Positions 38,601-49,191 of a stretch of 64,000 bases of DNA are shown here, in pieces. A program made the translations under genes and the position numbers. Where the stretch lies: the NCBI GenBank assembly GCA_028023455.1, contig JAQFVV010000005.1, positions 22,816,001-22,880,000 of the forward strand, given 5' to 3'. The stretch comes from Epiperipatus broadwayi (lineage: Eukaryota > Animalia > Onychophora). Each line of letters begins with the position of its first letter. The first letter of the stretch is position 1. A model generated the notes under the pieces. It did no database searches. It worked only from the letters and a program-made list of their open reading frames with translations, and was not told the origin of the DNA.

Positions 38601-39100
38601 CTGTGACATTTCCAAATATTGCTTTGTAAGCTAAAAAATTTTCTATTGTATGTTTATACATTAGATCAGGTTCACTCAGCAAGATTTGTCTGAGGTTAGC
38701 TGGTTAAGCAGCATGTCATCCATATTGGTATTAAAGTTTTTCCCATATTACAATCAAATTTTTTCATACATTGTTTAGCTTCTGTTCTAAATCTGAAATG
38801 TGCTAACAATTTTGATATCGTAGGTTAAAATAAATAGTTAACTTCTCTTTAATTCTCAATAAGGTACTTCTTTGGGAGCTTTTGGTTCACAGATTTCATT
38901 GGCTACTTGCAGTACCTTTTTCCTAGATATCCACATTAATGTTTCTACTTTTATTTTATTGTTTACAATATTTTTTGGTGAGCATGTATCTTTCTAAATG
39001 TTCCGCATTGATTTTCCAATCCAATGCATTGTTAATATCAAATTTGCTAATGGAACTATTTTTCAGTGCCACTATTATTCCTTGTTGATTGGTTATAGCA
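35690..39100 (-). mobile_element. Degenerate Ty3/Gypsy LTR retrotransposon internal region (gag-PR-RT-RH-IN)
   Basis: gag start SISKFD...DWK...HLERY (~39060). CCHC knuckle CHACGKIGH (~38440). Protease relic MEINSRAALSLIS (~38240). RT EVIPYLDDILII (YLDD at 37553-37564). RNase H PIAYVFRTITVAEKNYSQLDK...TDHRP (36903-37163). Integrase IDSYSKWAEC/ISDNGTAF (~36190-36330). Many stops and frameshifts. LTRs not found. Confidence 0.9.
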
Positions 39101-39888
39101 TTCTATTAATGTACATGGATTTATGAACTATAATTTTGATCTAATCTACTATACCTAGACAACTTTTTTTTCACTTTTGCCCCAGTTTTCTTGAAATGTC
39201 GACTGTACTAGTATTTTTCTATGTATCTGTGTAAATGAGTTCGCTGTTAGTTACAATGATATAAAAATAGAAAATAGTTGTTAGATACATGTAACAGTTT
39301 GTTACATATTTTCAATAGCAATGGTAAAAGCCAAAAAATAGATTGGTGAAGTGGATATTATATCACCTGGTGTCGTTGATTATTCAAGAAATGAAAAGAC
39401 AGCACAAAATATTGAATAAACAGAAATATGGATCAATATGTTTTTATATGAACCTATTTGTGGCCTACTTATTGGTTTGGATAGTCCTTGCAAAACTTGT
39501 TTATAAAACAGTTTTTTTCTTCTTCTTGGAAATGTAATAACAATGCTCATTTATGGAAGGTTGTTGTATGTATATATACATTACAATGGAATCAACATGT
39601 TTGCTTCATGTTTGGCTTGAATTCAAAGTTCTCTGTAGATTTTTTGTAATGACTCCAGTGCCCTATGTGAATTAGTGCCACGGCAGACTCTGGCGAATAG
39701 CGTCCTTAGATTGAATCCAGTTCTGACACTTTTAGGCATTCAAACTTATGAACTCCTGAGCAAATGAAACCATTTGATTTTTTTTTAATTAATCATTTAT
39801 TAAATTTTTTAAAAAAATGTTCAAAAATAGATAAATCTGTGTCGTGATATCTTTTTCACCTTTTTTTAAATATCACTATTGTGATCTT

Positions 39889-40224
39889 AAATCAATAAAC
39901 ATCACATGATCACCACTTCTTATGCTTGCTCTTAACTATTATTAAAACAGGCAAAACTCTCCATACAGTAGTCCACTCAGTGCAAGCCAGAGTAATCAAT
40001 GGATGCCAGAAGGCCTGCACCTAGATCTTAGGATCTCTAAGATCTAGATGCAGTGCTCTCAGATCCAAAGCTCCTCAATGATGAAAGCCACAAGCTACAA
40101 ACTAGTTTAGAGATATTGGATGAATAGGCAATAGATAGGGATTTTATGCACAAAACTTCTGGCATCCATTGATTACTCTGGCTTGCATTGGGTGGTACTA
40201 TTCTATGGAGAGTTTTGCCTGTTT
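39889..40224. mobile_element. Family A fold-back insertion with internal deletion
   Basis: 56-nt tail on the left and inversion centre at GATC near 40030. 12-bp TSD TATTGTGATCTT at 39877-39888 and 40225-40236. Confidence 0.9.
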
Positions 40225-40684
40225 TATTGTGATCTTCTAATCATATGTTGTCTTCTTAATTAGACATTTGATATGTTGCCATGCAAGCATTTTTTTTTAT
40301 TTCACTTGTTTTTTTTAAGGATCTATGATTATTTTATTATTTTCTAAAGCTTTTTTATTCTTCTTAGATTTAATTGCATGTCTTTCCTTGTCTGATTTAT
40401 TGCAGTGATAGAGAGGCTTGGATCATTACACAGCTCTGCAGTGATCTTATAAACTCTCAAGCAATTTAAATTCAATGAATTACTTCTAAAATTAGGATTA
40501 TCAATTTTTTATATTAACTTAATAGCTTTGATAATCTATAGCTTTTAGTTAATACATTTTACATCTCCCTAATCAATCATTTCATGATCAATGGGAAATG
40601 GTACTTATGGTTAGAAAAAACTGAAACTAATGTAGATGAAATCTACCTCCCACAAAAATCATGCTCAAGTTTACCATAAAATAT

Positions 40685-40739
40685 TTTAAAACAGCTTGAA
40701 AAAGCTTAATAAATGGTGATCATGTAATGTTTAATGGTT
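40685..40739. mobile_element. Minimal family A insertion (about 10 bp of inverted end plus tail)
   Basis: TTTAAAACAG then ...GGTGATCATGTAATGTTTAATGGTT. 8-bp repeat TAAAATAT at 40677-40684 and 40740-40747. Confidence 0.6.
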
Positions 40740-41269
40740 TAAAATATCCTTTTAGGAAGTCTTCCATTATTCAGTCATTTTTCATATCCAATTCAATGAA
40801 ATTGTGATTTTACAATAAGGACTCAATATTTCTGTGAGCATATTGATTGGATTTATGATATTGCCATTGTAGCTTTAAAATTTTACAGAGTATTTTTTTT
40901 TTTTAATGTTTTCATATTGCACTAATAGGGTGTTCAAGTTTCACTTCCATATAATAAATTGGGTAAAATAACAGCTCTATATGCAACTAGTTTAGTTCCT
41001 GTGATAAAATACTCTATTTTATAACTTGATAAAAATAGCAGTGGCATATTGTACTCTGAGTTGGATGACAATGGCTACCTCCACCTTCTACTTATAAAAC
41101 TAAAAAGTATTTAAGCTAGTTTACTTTTTCAAGTTGATAACTATCCAAACTAAAGATAAATGCTAAAAAGTCTAAAGTAATGCTAAATGGATTTTCTCAG
41201 AAAATGATAATAAAAATTGATAATCATGGATTAGAAGAAATTAACAATTTCAGACATTATGGTTAGATT

Positions 41270-41560
41270 ATTAATATAGATGAAAACATAATAAATGATA
41301 TTAATCATAGAATTAAACTTATATTAGTGTTAATGGTAGAAATAATTTAATATTTAAAAAAATATGTTTGAAAGTGATTTTTGCTAGATGTGTTTTACCA
41401 GTTCTTACTTATGGATTCAAGACATTGATACTTAACAGCAGAGTGATGCAGACACATCTGGTCACTGAACAATGTATAGAGAGATTATATCAGGAATTAC
41501 ATGAAGAAATTAAAAGTTAAATAGTTAATGTATAAAGATATAAAATGGATTTCAATTCCA
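41270..41560 (+). mobile_element. RTE-clade LINE fragment, degenerate
   Basis: Homologous to 59780-60080, including the shared block ...TGTGTTTTACCAGTTCTTACTTATGGAT... Confidence 0.75.
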
Positions 41561-42649
41561 TATTCAGTATAAGTATATAAGACATTTGTAAAAGAAAGGC
41601 CACTAAATGATATTAATGTAGAACAGAAAAATAGTACATCTTTAGTGAAATGGATTTGAAATACAGAAAAAGATTAAATAATATTAAAAATAGGATAGGG
41701 TTAGTTTATAAAATTAATTATGATCATTCAGTATGATATACATAGATCAGATAGGAAAGACCACCATTGAAAGAGATAACGAACATAATAGGACAATTAA
41801 TAGAAAGGATGCAAAATTAGGGTCATATATTCGTATTTTCCATATCTATCATTGAATGAATTGTAAAAAAAAAAAAATTCAGAGGAAAATTAGTAAAAAT
41901 GACAACGAAAGGAAATGTTATGAAGCTTTGTATTCAATAAAATTTAAATAAATGTGTAAACATGGTTAAAGGCCTGATGCAATTAGAAGAGAAATGGAGA
42001 TTGTTTGGTTATTGAGTTGTAATTAAAATAATATTTGTGTACAATGTTTTGTAAATTTGAAAAAAAAAAGAATTGTAATAAGTTTCTAAATTTATTTATT
42101 TGTATACAAATATCATTAAAAACCAGTCAATACTTATACAATCCCAAATTTCAAACTGTTGTCAAGGCAACCTTTTAACAATAAAGACAGTAAAGTTTGC
42201 AACTTGATCATAGAGATTGAAATTATTGATACAAATAAATTTAAATAAACCTCTTTAAACAAATAAATATAACCTATTCTGAATGCAGACTAATAAATAG
42301 TCAATTATAACATTACAAACTGCAATTATAATTTTCAAATTGTACCATAATGCCCAAAGCTAAATGGGTTTGTAAGTAATCGTTAAAAGTTAGTCAACAC
42401 TTAGACAATCCCCATATCAATAACAATTCACAATTTTACTATTTACATTTATTGTAGTATAATATAAATAATATCCACTGCATGGAATTTCTACAGAGTA
42501 ATAGGTCATGTTATTGTAAAAAAGGAAACAACTTGATAAGATACCAATATGGAATTAAATCCTGGTTTAATGTTAAATAAATTTTTATTTATTTTTAATT
42601 GTCTATTTCAATTTTGTTTAACATTGATTATTTTAAATCATTGACAGAT

Positions 42650-42918
42650 AAAAAGAATTAAGAGACTACATGAAGCTGGGCTAAATATATTGTTAGAATA
42701 GATGATAATAGATGGACAGTTAAAATCTTAAACTGGATCCCAAGAAATTCTAAAACACCTAGAAAGAGACCATGAGTAAGATGGATAGATGAAATAAGTA
42801 AATTTGCTAGAGCAATGTGGAGAAGAGAGGTTATGAATTGGAGAAGCTGAATTAAGTTTGAAGATATCTTCAATCTGCAATTGACTTGATAATAGTTGAG
42901 AATGGTGATGATGATAAT
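42650..42918 (+). mobile_element. RTE-clade LINE 3' end
   Basis: RWTVKILNWIPRNSKTPRKRP.VRWIDEI motif and a GAT-repeat tail. Homologous to 60085-60336. Confidence 0.8.
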
Positions 42919-43030
42919 ATTTTTATTGGACATATATTATACGTCTACATAAATTTTACTTAGGATTATTTTTTCTGAACTTCTGATTCTATATATAAAT
43001 ATCAAATATGAAATCAGGGTGAATGTTGTT

Positions 43031-43139
43031 TGTTTTCCATATGTCATAGCATTGGCCAGGAGGCGAACCCATAACCGTCTGCAACCAACTACTTGCTTGC
43101 AAGGTAGCTGTGATGACCTCTAGACTAACAATGCTTGAC
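43031..43139 (-). mobile_element. tRNA-derived SINE, full length
   Basis: Same family as 32364-32475. 20-bp TSD AAATCAGGGTGAATGTTGTT at 43011-43030 and 43140-43159. Confidence 0.9.
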
Positions 43140-44123
43140 AAATCAGGGTGAATGTTGTTAATCAAAATCAAACAAAATGCTGTTTATACTGCATAGTAAT
43201 GCTAATAATATGCAAAATGCATATAGTTTTTAAAATGCACAATGATATAACAATATCATAATCCTGTGGTTGGTTCTTTATCAATAATGATGAATATATC
43301 AGTGACCATTAAATGATACTCCTTACAGTATAAATTGAAATGTTTTAATATATTTTATATTTATTCAAAATTCCAATTATTATTATTTTAATAAAATCAA
43401 TTTCAAACTTTTTTGCCTATGGGCCTGTTTTTGACACCATTGGTCAACATCATTCACAATATAGAGAATATATTACACCCACACTTAAATCAAATCTTCT
43501 ATGAAATAAATTTATATATTTTTAATATAAACAATATTATTATTTAAATAGTTTCTTTTAATTACTTTCATCGGCTATAAATTTAATAAACAAAATATCT
43601 AAAGTAAATTATTAACATTGTAATACTCCTAACTTATTATAAAAATTGTTTTCATGACTAGAATTAAAAATAATCCAAGGCTTGGTCTTCATGAAAGCCA
43701 TTAAGATTAAAAATATTAACCATAAAAGTATTTCTTTTTAATAATAAAGAAATCATCGATGGAAAATGTAAAAAAATTATAATTTCATTAACAATGACGA
43801 TAAATGAGATTGTTGACCGTTTTGTGATAAGATTTTGACTCCAAAAATAAATATAATGACTATAAAAAGTTTCATTTGAATATATATATCCTCATAAATG
43901 TAAAATAATGACTTTCTAAATCAAAATATAACATCTTCAAGATATAAATCTTTGCATTTCACCACAATTATTTCTATCATTAATAACGTTACTTAGATTT
44001 AAATAATTCATTACTACTTTTACGCAAACGTTTTTTTTAAATTATATTCCTTACAAGAACTTTATTTAAATTCTCTTCTTTGAAGAAAATATGATGTTCA
44101 CTTTATTTTTATAATAAAATTTA

Positions 44124-44906
44124 CACACGATCCACCACTCTCCACACTATCTCATAACACTGATACACTTGAACACATATATGTTGAAAAGATAAATAAT
44201 CACCAATATCCGTATTTCATGCTAAACCAGCAATCATCAGTTGGTCCAGATTACCATCTCTACACATATATGCTATAAGTGCTCAGATAAATATTAAGAT
44301 AGCCAAACCTTATACTTTAATGGACAGGCTTCAATCCACTCCAACTCTTCAACTATCCATCCAAACAAAAATCTGATGATGGAACGCTCAAAGGCCACCC
44401 TGAGTCTGAGATTCTTGTCACACCCATGTTGAACTAATGTCAATCTGACCTCTCATGTACAGGACAATCCATTTTAATACATATATTATGTCCTGTACAT
44501 GAGGGGTCAGACTGGCCTTAGGTCAACATAGGTGTGACAATAATCTCGGCCTCAGGGTGGCCTTTGAGCATTCCATCATCAAATTTTCGATTGGATGGAC
44601 GGTTGAAGAGTTGGAGTGGAGTTGATTGAAGCCTGTCCATTAAAATATAAGGTTTGGCTATCTTAATATATATCTGAGCACTTATAGCATATATGTGTAG
44701 AGATGGTAATCTGGACCAACTGATGATTGCTGTTTTAGCATGAAATATGTATATTGGTGATTATTTATCTTTTCAACATATGTGTTCAAGTGAATCAGTG
44801 TTATGAGATAGTAAGGAGAGTGGTGGATCGTGTGATAGTCTGTGCTCATATACCCTATATATTACATATATAAACACAGGTATATAATAAGTCTGTGTGT
44901 TTCAGT
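44124..44906. mobile_element. Family C fold-back insertion, 343-bp arms, hammerhead in each arm
   Basis: Arms 44124-44466 and 44489-44834, 22-nt spacer, 72-nt tail. 12-bp TSD TAATAAAATTTA at 44112-44123 and 44907-44918. Confidence 0.9.
44715..44758 (+). ncRNA. Type I hammerhead ribozyme, family C (mirror copy at 44202-44245, minus strand)
   Basis: ACCAA-CTGATGA-T-TGCT-GTTTT-AGCA-T-GAAA-TATGTA-TA-TTGGT: 5-bp stem I, 4-bp stem II, short stem III (arm consensus palindrome TACGTA), AUA triplet. Confidence 0.8.
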
Positions 44907-45173
44907 TAATAAAATTTATTAGATCTTTTTTTATTAATGTAAAGATTTTGTGGTATTCTATGTTTTTTAATTTGTGGAATGATAATGCGCATGCAAAACT
45001 ACACTAGAATGAACTAAATTAAAACTATTATTTGATTTAGAAATTCTGTTTGTTTTGTTGTTTATTCAGATAAAATCTTGTAAATCTATTTTTAACATAT
45101 TTCTATTGAATGAATTTTCGTTAAACTTTGTATACATTTTAGGTATTAATAACAAAGCAATATAATAATGCAA

Positions 45174-45316
45174 TGTTTAGGAGTTGTCCAACTGGCTATC
45201 CAATCAGTGTTTAGGAGTTGTCCAGCTAGCATTCCAATCAGTGTTTAGTAGTTGTGCAGCTGGCTATCCAATCAGTGTTTAGGAGTTAGGAGTTGACCAG
45301 CTGACTATCCAATCTA
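45174..45316 (+). repeat. Four-copy 34-bp tandem repeat, each unit with CCAATC
   Basis: Unit TGTTTAGGAGTTGTCCAGCTGGCTATCCAATCAG. Confidence 0.85.
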
Positions 45317-45799
45317 ATAATGTTAGGGAGCTGAATTCAAACCATGTTGAGATCGGTTTATGAAGTTTTCAGTAACATGTAATAGATGTTATATTTTTTA
45401 AAAATACATATCCATTGAATTTCACAATTAATTAAAGCATTTATAGATAAATGAAATAGAAAGAAAAAGAAATGAAGGATAAAAACTTAATTTCTCTTGA
45501 TTGTTAAACTAAACTTTTTTAAAACAGTGCTCTCATAACAACAAAATTTTGTAAACAATTTTTAACATGTGTGAATTTTATTTCAAATACTAGAAATACC
45601 GTGACATTGTTTTGATTGTCATTTTTAAAATTGAGTATAAAAAATCTGTTGCAAAATATTTGAATACTTTAAAAAATATAATGTGTATATAAAATATTTA
45701 AATAATAGAGATAATTTTGTTTTATATATTAAATATTTTTATTGATTTATACTAAAAAGAAATAAAATAATTGTTTTTTCAATTACAATTGATGTTTTT

Positions 45800-48700
45800 T
45801 GCTACATCTTGCTGATCTAAAGGGGAAATTCTCACAAGTACAAATTACCAATACACAGTTAATATTTGGATAATTTAATAAATGATAATTAATATCATTT
45901 TAACTATTTACATACATACGATTATTTTATATAATAAGTCCCAAAGGCATATGTAAATGATAATGCAGATTAATATGACCTATAAGAGTCTTAGCTGACT
46001 ATTCACACATTCGGAGCTAGCTCCCTATGCATATGGGCAACATTCTGCATCAGCTTATGTCCATGTGCACAGGTGAAACTCCAAGAATCAAGTGCAGTCT
46101 TCTTGATCCAAATTGTACTGAGACATTAATTGTTTCAATCTCTGCAGTTAATTGGCCTGTAATCCCATTCATCCACTCAGGTGATTCTTAATATCATTGC
46201 TCCATACAAGAATTTAAATCGTTACCTCTCTGACTTTAATTAATGAGTTATTTTTTAGTTTATTGTTTATCTTTTGAAGGAAATCTAAACTCGAATTTCT
46301 TTGTTTTATTTCATTAACAACTTATTCTACTCTCATTAATTAGACTGTTATTACTTTTAGAAAATAATCTTTTTCTAATTTTAAAGTTATAAATCTTTTA
46401 TATACTATTTTAAAAGAAGCGGTCTTTTTTTAAAATTCTTTAATTTATTTAAACTTATTACTTTTTCTTATACGCATACATATCATTACTTTCCCCAAGT
46501 TCAAAGATGAGGTTTTAATCTCCGAACTTACTATGAGTTATTAAAATTTGTGGGGTTTTTTATTTTTTAGCACACTGTTGTGAATTATGTTTCATCTCAC
46601 TAGGGGCATTCTCTGGAAATGTAGTTGTTGAAACTCACAATCATTATTTTTATTTTTTCTCATGTTTACATTAATATCTGGCCACCAGTCATCACTAACA
46701 GCTAGAGCTTTTGCTCTGCTGATGTCTCACTGACTATTATGCAGCCACTTTACTATGTGCTCGCTATCCTTGACTGGTATCAGTGTCCAGTTGCCTTTCA
46801 TAATGCAACCTTTGTGTACCAACAGTTGCTTCAGGGTGTTTCATAGTCCTTTGTGAAGGAAATTGGAACATTGCTTCAGCCAGCCATTGGCATCCATTGT
46901 CTTCAGCTGTCCAATGAGCAACAATTTTATGTTCTACTCTTGATTTCAGTATGCATTTGTACTTCATTTACTTATGTTTCTAGTCATCATGGACCTTCCC
47001 TGATCTGATTTTGTTAATTACTGGCTACTGAAAAGGTTTTTCTCTCTGAGTACATCTATTTTACCCAAATTCATCTTAATCCCCTCGGAAAGTTTTTTCT
47101 GTCGGGGCTATTAATTTTTTTTGTTTTTTTTATTTCCATTTCACTGAGCCAGTCTCATCCTAATATGAAGTTGATAAGGACATATACTAAATATAGTAGT
47201 AGTACATTAATTTTATCCTGACTGCTTCAACTACACCCTTTTTCTAATGATGCAACCATTCATATCTAACTTTTAGGTCAGTTTTTTGGATAATGGGTCT
47301 TGTCCTACATTTGGAAGTAATAGTATACCAATTGCAGATTAATATTAATGATACTTCACTACTACTGTTGACCTCCATGGCCATATGCTGATCACATTTT
47401 TTTAACAATTTGTCATCATAGGTGGACATTTTTTAAATATCGGTATGCTGAAATGCTGGGCCCTGACATGAATGTTTATAATTATTACTTTCTTTGTTGG
47501 GATTGTTAAGTTTTTTTTTACACACTTTTTTTCCATGTGCCTCTTTTTTTTACAATTATTGCAGCATTCACATTTATGAAAACAGTTTCTGGCTTTGTGG
47601 CCTTTTCCCCGCAACAGAAACATATAAACAGGTTTTTTCTGTTAGCACTATTATCATTACTCTTTGACCCTTCTTTCTTTACAGTTTTACAAATGTCTGT
47701 TTGTGATTTGCTATTAATCTTGAACTCGGGAAATTTTTGATATTACTCAAGCATGAGTTCATAAGCTATCCCCCATTTTATATCCTTCATATAATCTAAA
47801 TTGCTAATGGCCAATAGTTGTAGCTGCAAATTATCATTACACATACCCATCAGAATTTTTTCCAGAAGGTCTTCATCTAGGAAAAGTCCATAAATGCAAT
47901 TCTTTGTCAGATTATGAAGAGCAGTATCATAATCTTTTATATTTTCATCCCAACCTTGGTTCTTGGCTCAGAATTGCAGTCTAGTGATATGCCTAGAAGG
48001 TTGAGGATTAAAGTGATTTGACAAATGCTCTTTAACTTGATTGCATGCACAATCTTCAGGAGTTAGAGGTGCAGTGAGCCTGTTGGCTATCTCAGTAACT
48101 CCTTTTCAGCAAATCATAATAATGAAGCAATCTTATATTTATCATTTTTAACTTTATTAATGATTAAGTGTTTTTCCACATGTTGAACATACAGGAATCA
48201 ACAACTTGCCTCACTGACATCAAATTCACAAATTTTTATTTGCATTGTCTAGTCAGTCTTTTACCTAAATTTAATCATTATTATAGTTAAGGATCTGAAT
48301 CAAGACCGTGACATCACCAATTGCTATGTTTAACTGATCTAAGAGGGCATTTCTCACAAGTACATATCACTACTATATAGTTAATATTTAAATAATTTAA
48401 TAAATGATAATTAAGAGTTTTAACTATTTACATACATACAGTCATTTTATATAATAAGCCCCAAAGGCATACATAAATAATAATGTAGATCATTACAGCC
48501 TGTAAGAGTCCTAGCTGACTGTTCACATGTTCAGAGGTCAGCTCTCCGCACTTGCAGCCCCTGTGAACATGGGAGACATTCTGCACCAGCTTATGTCCAT
48601 CTACACAGATGAAGCTCCAATAATCAGGTGTAATCTTCTTGACCCAAATTGTACTGAGGCATTAATTGTTTCACTTCCTGAAGTTGATTGGCTCATACCC

Positions 48701-49049
48701 CCATCCATCTGCTCAGATGATTCTTCATTTCACTGCTCCATACAAGAATTTAAATCATTATCTCTGACTTTAATTAATGAGTTATTTTTTAGTTTATCAT
48801 TTATCTTATGAAGGAAATATAAATTCGAATTCCTTTGTTTTATTTCATTAACTAGTATTCTACTCTCATTAATTAGACTGTTATTACTTTTAGAAAATAA
48901 TATTTTTCTAATCTTAAAGTTAAAAATCTTTTACTTAACTATTTTAAAATAATCAGTCTTTTAAAATTCTTTTAAACTTATTATTTTTTCTCATTAAGTT
49001 TATACCTATCTATGTATGTATGTACATTTAAGCATATACATACATATCA
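45800..49049 (-). mobile_element. Non-autonomous Ty3/Gypsy LTR element (gag-PR relic fused to an integrase tail, no RT/RH)
   Basis: LTRs 48322-49049 and 45800-46484 with TG...CA ends, diverged. TSD TTTTT. PBS-like TGGTGATGTCACGG next to the 5' LTR and PPT GGGGAAAG next to the 3' LTR. gag LTKNCIYGLFLDEDLLEKILMG and double zinc-knuckle relic at 47520-47623. ILG.DWL protease end. Confidence 0.85.
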
Positions 49050-49191
49050 TTTTTAGATTTAACTTCAAATAAAAATATGAGAGAGGGGTCATAAATTAAT
49101 TAAGTCAATCCCTTGTTATAAAAAAATAGGGATTGACTTGATTAATTTCTGGACCCTCCCCCATGCTTTTATTTCAAGTTAAATCTAAAAA
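49050..49191. repeat. ~140-bp imperfect hairpin (MITE-like)
   Basis: ~63-bp arms TTTTTAGATTTAACTT...AAGTCAATCCCT with a 13-nt loop. Confidence 0.8.
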
